From Trichosphaerium sp. ATCC 40318 (lineage: Eukaryota > Protista > Tubulinea), in contig JALMLS010000321.1 of assembly GCA_038496445.1 (NCBI GenBank), forward strand, positions 124,001 to 188,000: a DNA stretch of 64,000 bases. The letters run 5' to 3'. The translations under genes were made by a program, and so were the position numbers. Below are positions 1 through 11,768 of the stretch, in pieces. How positions within the stretch are numbered: position 1 is the first letter of the stretch; every line of letters starts with the position of its first letter. The notes under the pieces are model-generated. The model was not told the DNA's origin, made no database searches, and was given only the letters and a program-made list of their open reading frames with translations.

Positions 1-101
1 ACTTGTTCTGTGCCGGCTTCTTTGACATTTACAGATAATTCAACGGCTTTTCCGCTTTCAAGCTTTTTAACAGAGTACGCCAAGCTTTGGCGTGTACTCA
101 T
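1..101 (-). CDS. First exon of a tandem paralog of the SPRY-SPRY-A2M gene; gene continues beyond the window's left edge
   Basis: Minus strand reads MSTRQSLAYSVKKLESGKAVELSVNVKEAGTEQ then GT, nearly identical to exon 1 at ~8197-8296 (MSTRQSSAYSVKKLESGKAVELSVNVKEAGTEQ). Confidence 0.8.
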   Translation of the reverse strand, partial: MSTRQSLAYSVKKLESGKAVELSVNVKEAGTEQ

Positions 102-426
102 GGCTATTAGTTGCTTTTTAATAGCTGCTTTTTGGAAGTTGTGGTCCAAAACCACTTTTGAAGCCCGAAAACCGAAGACACTGACTTTTTCAGTTGGATT
201 TTCAAATAAACTGATTAATAGTACCTTTTGTGTATGATTGGTTTGATTGTTTTTGGCTTGTTACCCCAAGTTTTGTGTTGTCACGTGCACAAAACAACAA
301 AATAGTTTGAGAAGATTCATTTGCGCTTACGTTTACTGTGACATGGCTAGGTTGCTCAGTAAGTGCGAAATTTTGCTCTGAAACAGTTTACCGTGATAAG
401 AACTTGACACGTGAACACTTTATTAA

Positions 427-539
427 TAGCAGAAAGTAATCCCACAACTACGTTTCCAAAGGGGTACAACAGTGCCACTTGAAATACTTGGTTTGGCTGG
501 TACGTTCCATGGTGGTAAAGAAGACGGTATATCGCTCCA
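427..539 (-). pseudogene. Orphan degenerate copy of the last exon of the glycoside hydrolase gene
   Basis: Close match to ~8733-8849 (shared tgccacttgaaatacttggtttggctggtacgt...catggtggtaaagaaga) with indels near the stop; no upstream exons of that gene are present. Confidence 0.75.
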
Positions 540-685
540 TATTACCAATTTATTTTTGCAGCACCAGCGTTAAGTGTAGTAGGAGGCAGTTGTAGGGATT
601 GGACCAAGGTTAACAATAAAAAATAACATTGTTTTATTTTGTGGATTATAGAATAACGTAAATCGTCTTTAATTTAGTAACAGTT

Positions 686-3600
686 TTAAAGAGGAACAAT
701 AGTACACTTCAGACCATCATTCCATTGTTTGTATTCTGGTGTGTAATATAAAAATGCACATGAAGAAGGACCTGTGTAACTACCAGGAACAGCAGCCTAA
801 AATCATTGTAAATAAAGCACACCTTTAAAAGCAACTTGTGGCTCTGTCGTACCTTGACATCAATTTGAATTGTTGATTTTTGTTTTGGATCCATACCACG
901 CCAATACAGAACAACCTTTCTACCGATCACTTCATAGAAATCAATAGATTCACTCTTGACAAGCTCCTATCAAAATACGTCAATAAAAATCACGTGATCT
1001 AATAGCAATACCTTTAATTTCTCATGACGAGGCTCAAGGCCTCCTGGAAGTCCAATGATTGCGATGACCATGGGCAAGTCAGTATCTTTTTTATTTTCGA
1101 TATCGACTTGGATTTCACCAGTCTCTCCTTCCTTGATTGACTCTGGCTTCATTTGAGTTGCAATTGATATTGCACATTCATCAGAAGAAGGTCCTTTCAA
1201 TGTAAAATAATTGATATTCATATTGTACGGTATGTTTCCTGATCCCTTGGCCATTGTTATTTTAAATTCATGTTTGCCAGGCTTAAGTTTTTGTGCAGCT
1301 TCACTGAAATCTACAAAAAAACCGAAACAGTTAGTTGGTTGTTACACATCTCAACAATTTCTCTAGTACCAAGATCTATAGCCTCTATGCTTGTAGCAGA
1401 TACTGTCTTAGTGACTTTGATACCACCAATAGTCTAAAAAACCCAAGTAAGGTGAAAGTAACAAGAAACAACAAAACACAACAAATGAAATTGAAATGTT
1501 TGCCGTACCGCAACTAGGCTAATATCGCCGGTATCTGAAGTCTTATTCATTCGACCATATGTGAATATAGCACGAAGAGCTTGAACAGTTGATTGTGATG
1601 TACTCCAAGATCCATTTGATACTTGAGATTGAAGGTATTTCATTCCTGCTTGGATGTTCGATGAGTACTTGTTTGGATCATCACGCAACCATCCAGTAAC
1701 TGCAAGACCAGTTGTTTCAACAAATAGGGATTGTCCATATGACCTTACAATGGATGATGTGCCACCCTCTACCTTGCCATCTAAAGATCAGGTTAGGCGA
1801 TAAAGTCAATCAAGATGTGATGATAAAGTTCGACAAGGAGACTATATGCTTACCTTTGGCTTGTTTTGAAGCTAAATAGTCACCTGCTTTACATGCAGCT
1901 TTCTTGTTCTTGGTGTTGTTGAACACCATGTACATGCATGCCCACACATACGAATTTTTGTTATCAGATAGGGCTTTACCTTGAACATCAAGTTCCTTTG
2001 TAACGTCATTGGCAGCGCCAAGTTCAGTGAGGCCATAAAGACAGTATGCTGTAAAAAAAAAGTAAGAAATAAGTGCACGTTTAATGGTGGTTTGTACATA
2101 CCATTGTTGACGTCTGTTGGAGGTGAAGAGAAGGCATAGCGCCCGCGACCAAGTTGGAAGCCTCCTTTACCATCTTTACGTGATAAAAGCCAACTCTTGG
2201 CTCGATTAACAAGTGCCTTATCAACTATGAATCAAAGTCAATGGTTTTTACATAGCGACATGTTATTTGTTTCTTTTAAACGTACCTTCCATTGATTTAC
2301 CAAGATCTTGAAGCATCATTAATCCGTATGAAGTCAATGATTCATGAGCCGGTGATCCACCATACCTTAACACAAAGCATGAATAACAATGTTCAACGAC
2401 AAATTAGTTTTTGTTAGTTGCTTACCATTCGAATCCTGATGTTGTCTTTGTTTCATATCCAACTATTTTCTTGTATCCAATCATCATTTTACTGTGCATG
2501 TCTGAAATCAGGGATGGATCAATGCCAACTGTGCCATCATTGAAGAACATTCCAGCCATAGCCATTGGATATAGTGTTGATCCAACTTGTTCAAAACATC
2601 CACAAGGTGTACGAATCATACCTGTTAGAGCTCTTTGAAAGTTGGCTGCATTTGTTGGTAGGATAGCCACTTCAATATTTAGTGTTTTTGGAACTAAACA
2701 TAACAGACGTTAGATTCAAAGTTTCGAAACACGTGAAGAGCCAAGTGAAACAAAACAGCCTAAAATTACAACTTACCATAATCAGGCATTATGTTGAAAG
2801 TATGCTTTTCTGTTTTACTCTTACTGATAGTACCACTTGCAGATGCTTCCAATGGGAATCCCTTGGATACAGTGTAAGATACTTATGATACTCAAATATT
2901 GATAAAATGGTGGTACCTTTGGTTGAATACGAACACTGCGAACGATATTGTCCTCACGCTCACTTGAAGTACCAACGACTTTGAGCTCACTTGTGAGTGG
3001 TACATTCTGTATATCGATTGGAATGACAGCACGTTCTACAAATGTATTAGGTCACGTATAAGAAAACGTTAGAGTAGTGACATACGTCTCTGTTCTGGTC
3101 CAAGTGTGACTCCTTTTCCTTTGTTTGTTTCTGGATCCAAAAGAAAACCATCGCCACCCCATACTTCGAATCCAACGTTTGTGATTTTATGTCCGGTGTT
3201 ATTGACCATGAGTACAGGTAATTGTACTTTGTCACCGCAAGATACTTCGATTGGTACTTTGAGATCAACAGAGAAAGGTTCCTTGCAAGGAACAAGCCTT
3301 TTCAATAGTTAGGTAAACAACAACAAAACTACTGTGAGCAAAAGATAAAACGTACAACTCATTGTAGCCTAGTAGATGTGCATGATGAACAGAATCACAC
3401 ATGACATTAAAGCTTGTGATACTGTCATTCATGTCAAACTCAAAAGAGGCAAAACCTGTACAAGTTCAGTGAGTGAGTAAAGAAAAGAAGAAGTCCACAA
3501 AGAAAAAAAAAAGGCACATACCAAACTTATCGGTGACTAATCCTGCATTCCAGTACAAAGTCTCTTTGAATTCAGTTCTACACAAGTCTTAAACAATACA

Positions 3601-6600
3601 TAAAAAAGGTAAGTAATTGGTACCTGTCACCATCTGCTGTAGTAGGAGGCCTGAAAGCAAAAACAAAAATCAGTTAAGGTCAGGAAAGGTTAAAAAATGA
3701 AGTTGCATACGCGGTAAATGAGAACACCCTAAGCATCTTAGGTACGGCTTTGATTAATGGGACTGAAAGGACTAAAGGGTATATTATTAAATCGTCCATA
3801 TAGTAATATGTGTACCATCACGGTAACGGGAAAACCTACTAGGCGCTTCTAGATCAAAACTAGATGCCATCTTTCCCATTCTAGGTGCCATACTAGGAGC
3901 TGGCATAGACCTCATTCCCATGCTAGAAGGCATGCTTTCTTCCATTGACATCAATTTAGGAGCCTCTGCTCGACTTGATATCTTTGAAACCTTCTTCCTA
4001 GACTTAATCACTGGCTTTGATGGAACCTTGGTCTTCTTCTTTGGTGGTGCTTTTCTTTTTCTAGACATCATTGGTTTAGGTGAAGGGAGTGTTGATTGCT
4101 TGGACTTTGATTCTTTTGATTTACGAGCAATTGGCATTGCTTTCTTCTTAGACTTAATCACTGGCTTTGAAAGTTTCTTTTTTCCCTTGCTTGGTTTAGG
4201 CCTTGGAGCAGGTTCCACCGATTTTACTGAGCGTTCTACAGAAGCACTCTCAAGCATAATGTTATCTGAAAAAGCGCTATACTGCACTGATCTATCAAGC
4301 TCATACTGTACTTCTCTATTAAGCACATACTCAAGACTGTCGCTTTCAGAACTCATTGGATAAAATATCGTATCTTGTGTCTGTAACAGAAAAAACAAGT
4401 TAGTTTAACTGGATTCGAAGAAGAAAAAAAAGTACAAGAAAAATCTGATTTTTCTGGGTTAGACTTACACCAACGCTCAATCTAGGTGCGCAAGCTACAA
4501 CTTGTTGTGCTTTAGATCCATGTTCTTTCATAAAAGCTTCAAGATCTACTTTGTTTTTTACAAATACAAGTTTTCTCCAGCCCTAAAGTGCTTTTGTTAT
4601 TATTTGTTTTGGAAAAAACACGCAAAGATGTGGTTGCGTACCTGAGTACCAAGTAGCAAATCAATTGCTGTGTTTCCTTTCTCATCATGTTTGAGGTATA
4701 CGTGGGCATCGAATAGTTCTTTGACTTCACCTTCCAAGTAAGCCATTTCTTGCAATCTAGGTGCCTTTTTTCTGTTCTAAGCAAAACATTAGATTACAGT
4801 CGAGTTCTTATTTTATTCTCATCCTAATATTAGCAAAAATAAACATACTTCTACCATCTCTAGAACTGAGTTATCAACAACTGTAGTTCCAATAGTCGCA
4901 TCTCTACATTTGTACATGTTAATCACGCCAACAAAACACAACCGCAAATTTCGAAAATAAAACATACGCAAGAGGTTGTCCGTTTTCTCCTGTTGCATAC
5001 AATAGAACACGAACTTTGTTTCTTGGCGCATATACACCTCTTTCAGGCATGATTGAAACATTGACATGTTTGGATGGTTGTCTAGAACACGTGATTAGAA
5101 AAAAGAACAAGGAAACTAAATGGAATCAACTAACCTGTAAACAAGTCTTTCAGCAACAGCAAGTCCAGTTCTCATTTCATAAGCAGTCGCTCTTAGTACA
5201 CCTGCTGTTGATGTAGGAGGTGTAAAGAACAACTTAGATGCCTTCTTTCCTGTAATATCGACTTTGATAGAGAGAATCTCAGTGTCACGTTTAAACAAAC
5301 CAACATAATAAGCACCAGGTCCTAAACAACATCAGTAACATAATTGTAGACTAACACTTGAACTCACGTGTTGTCTGAAGTGTCATCTCGATGGATGTAT
5401 CAGTATTGACAAAGGCACCTTTCTTTGTGTTCAACACAGCTCCTGAAGACTCGAACAAGCTCTTATAACAAATTAGACACAAACAAAGGTGTTGACAATC
5501 GTACTTGTTTAAGATAGATAAGTTTATCAACACCAGCTGGTTTTAAAATACGCAAAGCATATTTTGAACCTTGTTTGGGTTTAAATGATAATTTACCACG
5601 TCCTTCATGTTCAGTCTTGAAAGCAGTAACTACTTTACTAAAAACAATAGTTAGCGGTATACACTACTAACAAAATAAACACGTGCCCACTCCTTGCTCT
5701 CACCAACTCTCCTTCAATATCTCCAGGATCTCCAGACGGTGTGAAGCATTGCAAGTATAATCCACAATGCAATCCATAGATAAGAGAACCTGACTCTGGA
5801 TACATACGAATATCGAGTTTCTAAAACAACGATTAGAACAATCACTAAGAATGACACTCCACACCTTTAGAAGAATAGGAATAGTTTTAGCAGTAGACTC
5901 TACACTACCTCCATCTTCAACAACGAATGTCAAACTGCCTTCACCAACCTCAATCTTGGCAGGAAGGTCAAAACTGACCATACAATTTCCATCAGCGCCA
6001 ACACTTGTGTCGCCTCTATCATCATAGTTAAAAGGATATTGTTGGTAATTATAATACCTGTATACTTCAGAACCATCAACACGTGCAACTGCATTCACTT
6101 TGGCGCCTACTGGAATGCCACCCTCAACACGTGAAACCTGGAAAGAAGGTTAGCTTTGTACCTGTAAATTGAAGACATACAGTGAGTGATGCTGAAGCTT
6201 TATCTCCTGGTCCAAGTCCTTTACGTAAGAACTCAGCTTGTAAGTTAAGCTTTGGTGGCTGGTATTCTCGAATATCAAATTTTCTTTCTTGAGTTACAAG
6301 CACGCAGTCATTTGCCCTAAACAACGTGTTGGAAAAGGGTTTTCTTGAACGAAAAATCAACGCACATTCCAGCAGCAAACTGTATTGTATACTCTCCACC
6401 TGCCTTTCCTTTTGGTATCTTCCACTGATGAGCAATGCAAGTCATGCCTTTGTTCTGGTTTTCGCCCTTGAGAGTAAATTCGTTGGAGCCTGTTGAAAGG
6501 AAGAAACAAAGTGAGCATGTCAAATAGTTTAGTAACATGTAAAACCAAGCGTTACCTGAAGGTCCTGTTATCTTTCCGTTAATCTGAGTAAGATTCATTA

Positions 6601-8296
6601 CATCTCCTCGCAGAGGTTCAAACGTATGAGCATCAAGGTATGTGACTATCAACAGATAATTAGTCACGAAAACTTGCTGAGAAGAATACTTACCTCTAAT
6701 CCAAACTGTTTCTTCTGGTTTGTACAACGGTTTATCTGTAGATACATATCCAATATATCTCTTTTTAGCATCGATTTTATAACTAGAAAGTGAAGGAGTG
6801 ACACCAAGAGTGAGAGAAGGTAGCGAAGTTTCAGCTATTAAAAAACATTATTACTACAAAACAAACTAACTTCTCACTTCAGCTTACCTTCAACATACTT
6901 AAACGGTGTGTAAATACCACCTGTGGTATTGATAGTAACAACAGAATAGTGGTCGAACCCAACAGTCGGATAGAAATCTCCTTTTGGCAAATTAAAGGTG
7001 CTTGTTACAACCTTTACTCCATTTTTTGTCCAGAACAATTTTTTGCCTTGAATTCCACAACCGATCACATCACCAACGCCAAAAGTGTTCTTTAGAGACT
7101 GAGGTTTCTGCTCTCCATCGTAAAAGACTAAATCGAACATTCAATTGGAATATGACTCAAGAAGAAGAAATCGCCTATACGTACCATCTCCGTCGTCACT
7201 GTGGTATCCATAACTACCTTTCACCCATCCAGGGAATTTAGTGTCTGTGGGGAATGACTGTAAAGCGTATCCCACGCCGACAACACTATCATAAAAAAGT
7301 GAGATAATTATTAGTAACTCCATAAAAGTGAGAGTACCCAGAATCTCCTTCTCGTTTCATACTGACAATGGACACTTCAAAGTACTTCAACGAGTTTAGG
7401 AACTGTACTGCATGTTCACCTCCGCGACCTGTCTTAGTTGGTCTTGAGCGTATAATAGATCCATTGACTATTGCACTATCACCATGACGTGTTCCTATCG
7501 CCAAAGGTAAACAAGAAAATAATCACGTGACTAGAAATACAAAAAAAAGTAATTAAAACTCACGTTCATTGTAAATCAGAGGTATCTGTAGTGTCCCCGT
7601 TGTCACGGTCATCGCAGCTTTGTTGTCGACACCAATACAAGGGAACAGACGAGGTCTAACGGATGGAGGTACTTTCTCAGGTGATTTACCAACTCGTTCT
7701 CCATTCAATGTCCTTTTAACCACTTAGAACATCTTCATACGTTGAAATAGTAATCGTACCAGAAAACAGTGCCATCTGTCTCTATACCACAGCCTACAAC
7801 TGAACCTTCACCGTACTTTGTAGACAATTCAGAAGCAATATCATTAAAATAGCTCTTTCCACTTTCACCATGGTAGCCCCATGAACTAATGGCGAATAAA
7901 CGTTTGCTTATCAAAAGATAACGGTTTTACTCAAATATAAGTTTAAAACGCACTTTTTGGCCCAACCTGGAAAGTCATCAGTCAATCCAATGTCTTTTGT
8001 TGCGTATCCAATGGCACAACCGCTATTTGGGTTAAGAAATAAAAACTTTTACTAAAACTGATTGGTACCCTTCTCCTTTATCTCCTACGTGAAGTGACTT
8101 TATGTTTACTTCATAATACGCGATATCTGCAGTACAGAGTTGAAATACCTTTATTTATCAACAAAACATCCTCAAAACGCTATAAAGAGTATCTTACTTG
8201 CTCCGTGCCAGCTTCTTTGACATTTACAGATAATTCAACTGCTTTTCCGCTTTCAAGCTTTTTAACAGAGTACGCAGAGCTTTGACGTGTACTCAT
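686..8296 (-). CDS. Multi-exon thioester-containing protein (bacterial-type alpha-2-macroglobulin) with two N-terminal SPRY domains
   Basis: SPRY1: YYEV, GCAIGYA, FPGW, SWGYHGESG, GEGSVVGCG. SPRY2: YFEV, PGWVKGSYGYHSDDG, GVGDVIGCG, FYPTVG. MG2: STDKPLYKPEETV. Also REYQPPKL and ETLYWNAG, thioester PCGCFEQ (CFEQ at 2587-2598), GFEW..AHESLTSYGL, and C-terminal VLYWRG..PGSYTGPSS.AFLYYTPE; stop at 686-688. Confidence 0.9.
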
Positions 8297-8717
8297 GGCT
8301 ATTAGCTGCTTTTTAAGAGCCGTGTATTGAATATGGTACAAAACCGAAAACCAAAGACAGAACCATGTTTTTTGTCGGGTTTTCAAAGAACTGTTGCCAT
8401 CAATATGCTGGTTCTCGTCTACGCATTTTTATGGGAACCCTTTGTGATTGGTTTTGTTGTGTCATTTCTTGGTTTCCAAATTCTGTTATCACGTCACTAA
8501 ACTAATTGAGAAGATTCCCTTGCTAAAGGAAAATGGCTAAACTGAAAAATGTAACGAGTATTGTTGTTCTATGACTGCAGACACTGGTTGATATTTAAAA
8601 GCCACAACCGGTTGCCAATGAGCTTAGTGCTGCACGAAAACATCAAAATAAGGTATTCATTCAGCGCTATTGTGGAATGACAACTAAGCCAGCTGCGAAT
8701 TGAAAGTGTTGTTGGCT

Positions 8718-10900
8718 TTATTGAAATTCAATAACAGAAAAAGTATATCCACCACAACTACATTTCCAAGGGGATACAACACTGCCACTTGAAATACTTG
8801 GTTTGGCTGGTACGTCCCATGGTGGTAAAGAAGATGGTATATTGCTCCACGTTGCTATTGTTAATTGTAAGAAAAAGATCACGTGATGAGAATTGTAGGT
8901 GAAAAAAAATCATAACAAGCAAATGCTTTCAAGAAAGATTCAAGGTTACCTTCGTCTTCAGCATTTGCTTTGTAGGATATTTGCTTGAATGTTTTGAAGT
9001 CAGGTTCTTTGTTCAATTCAATAACAATGTCTTTATCGCATCTGTTCAACACTGCCAATGCCATACTATCTTTTCCTGTGAAAGCAGCTGCTTGTATACA
9101 AGATAAATTGGCAAATCCAAGATTCTCAATACCAATGCTTGGAGCATCTGTTACCTTGTTTTTTGTGGTCAGCCAAAAAAGAAGAGCTCTGGTTATTCAA
9201 GCGCTTTGTAGACATACTTTAACTGGGTGCATCATTTCGCTTTTGTATAATGCAATGTAGTTTAGGAGTGCCATGAACTGTGAGGTTTCGCTTACTTGTG
9301 GGTAGGATACATCTCAACAAAGAGTTAAGTGGAAATATTACTTTAAATTGTATTTGAGTATTTGGGCGTACCTACAACCTTGATTATACCAGCAGTTGTG
9401 TCCCATGCTAGGTTTGTGGCTGAATGTATCATTACCATTTCAATTTGGTCGTGGTAGTTGACACCTGTAAGCATATGTCCCAACTAATCAAAACTGAGTT
9501 CAAGGCTAAAAAGGAAAAAAATTACCATGAAAAGAGCGTGTGCTGGACCATTACGAATAGACTCCAAGTACGGTTGATGTCCTGCTATATTATACTCAGT
9601 CATCCAAAACTTCATCTTTCTTCCAAAAATACTTTGGCTTTTATCTATGGCTGTTCTCAATTCAGCTTCGCCAAATGAAGCAAGTCTAAAACATAAGTTG
9701 TTAAAAAAACAGAAACGACTTAAAATGTTCCGTACACAGATGGCGCTTTGTCTACGCCATACTTTTTAGCTAATCCGTCATTCAGTTTGTACGAATGTAT
9801 TGTCAACGCATCAAGTATATCAACATATTTACTAAGCTCATTATTCCAAGGACCAGGCCTGGTAAGAATCTGTTTCGAGCGAAAATTATAAGAAACAGAA
9901 CAAATCGTTTCGAAAAGAGTCTTACTTCACCAAATGACGCAACAGCGGCAATCTTTGCATTAGGAAATAGCTCTATAGAGTATGTTAAGTTTTAATTTAC
10001 CCAAAAACGTGATAGGTGTTTTAGGGACGTACTTCTGGCATATGCAATAACAGGTTTGCATTTTTCCATGTACACTGTAGAGTTTGGAAACACAGGATTG
10101 TAGCGCTTGAGGTAATACTCGTTACCAAGCTCAAGATACATGACATCAATATTCGATGCTTTTATTGTATCCAGCGATGCCTTGATTTCCTCAACAGTCA
10201 TAGTAAGCAAGTTAAGGTCAATCACCGCTGATTCTAAAACAAATGTTAAGTTTTTCAATGGATTATATGATTGCGCACGTGATTTCACATGTGACACGAC
10301 TCCATTAAAAAAATTCTTTGCGCTGAAGGTATTGGCAGGAAACTTGGCCGTTGGTACTGCCCATTGTTTGCAAGCAGAATCATTGCATCCTAAACGAAAA
10401 GAAGAACTGTTAATCTTTCTGGTGTATCACGAAATACCTTTTACATATTGTGATGACGTAAGGTTCCAGTAGTTTGCAACTGCGCCACCTAAATTTATTT
10501 GAGTTCACTAGTGAACCACGTGAGGGACCAAGACTGAGGTTCGAAAATGAGAGTGTTGGCGATAAGGTACTGCAAATAGTTGTTTCTGAGCATATTGATG
10601 TTTTTTAAATTTTATTTGGATTATTCTAAGTTATAGTGTTTAATAGTACCTGGAAACCGTACACCACCCATGAATGTGCCTCCAAGACCTGTTTTTAATG
10701 CAGCTAAAAAATATTAGTGTCAAATACCGATCCAAATACCTTTTCATCGCACGTGAATCGTAGGTAAGCTGAGCACTTATCCACACGTCATTTCCAGCAA
10801 ATAGCATCGGATTGACAGGTACGCCGTTAGAAACAGTGAGTGTAGCTCCATAAGTTGATGAAACAAACGCAAGAAAGCCAATAAAGACTAGCAGCTGCAT
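8718..10900 (-). CDS. Secreted clan GH-A glycoside hydrolase (GH51/GH44/GH79-like), multi-exon
   Basis: Signal peptide MQLLVFIGFLAFVSSTYGA; RFPGG..ANYW; acid/base motif ELGNE; DALTIHSY; nucleophile motif WMTEYN; ends GGYTFSVIEFQ*. Confidence 0.75.
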
Positions 10901-11768
10901 TTTGTGCTTGATATCGAAACTTCTATTGACAATTTAACACTTTTCATCAACTTTTATTTTTTTATACAATACGTGTACTTCAAAACTATGCCGGTACGAG
11001 GTATATTAGCTACTTATTTGAGCGTGGACAAGGAGATCTAGATTATTAAGGTCTTTTCTAGACCACACCAATCTGAAAGTTGTTTTTTTCTAGTAGATTT
11101 GTCTCAGATCATACTTAGCAGGCCTCCTAGCTTGAAACTAAGAAAATTATGGTCGAAAATATAAGTTTCCTTTTCTTTTCAGAATAAGGTTTGCATTCTT
11201 GTGTCCTCCTGGATTTAGCTAATTTGGTCGAATGAAATGTCAGATTAATTTTCCATTCATCTCGCAGTGATTCATGCAGAAAGAAACCAATGTTCATGCA
11301 ACACAACAAAGAAGGTACCATTCCAAGCTGTCCAAACCTGAGTAGCTTTACAAACTCGTTTGTTAACCTGCTTTCACTCAATACCTTGTTCTAGCTTTTT
11401 TGTCCACATAAACGTCTGCATGATAAGAACAACTTTCTGAGACTTGACTCTGTGGCTGATTGCATTCTGTGACCAAAAAAATATTGCATCATGTCAGGGC
11501 TTTGACAACACTCATTGTTACATCATGTCTCAGTATACTCTGCGCTCAGATGTTGGATTTGAAAGTCAATAAATCACTTCAGATTATGTAGTACTTCGAT
11601 TGACTAAAGGGTACACAAATACGCTTGGACGTTGTCTCAAACTAGAAGTTGTACGAATTTAAGAACTACAAGAAAAAGCCGTAAAGGACATTAATTGGTT
11701 GTTACACAAAGCATCTTTGCACCATCTTTTTTTTTTGGATGAAATTAGCTGTAAAACTGGGACAACTT

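Noticed and set aside
3920-4363. 147-aa hydrophobic + strand ORF
   Set aside because: Antisense shadow of the Lys-rich bait exon
11127-11381. 84-aa minus-strand ORF
   Set aside because: Non-ATG start, no recognisable motif and no convincing exon chain
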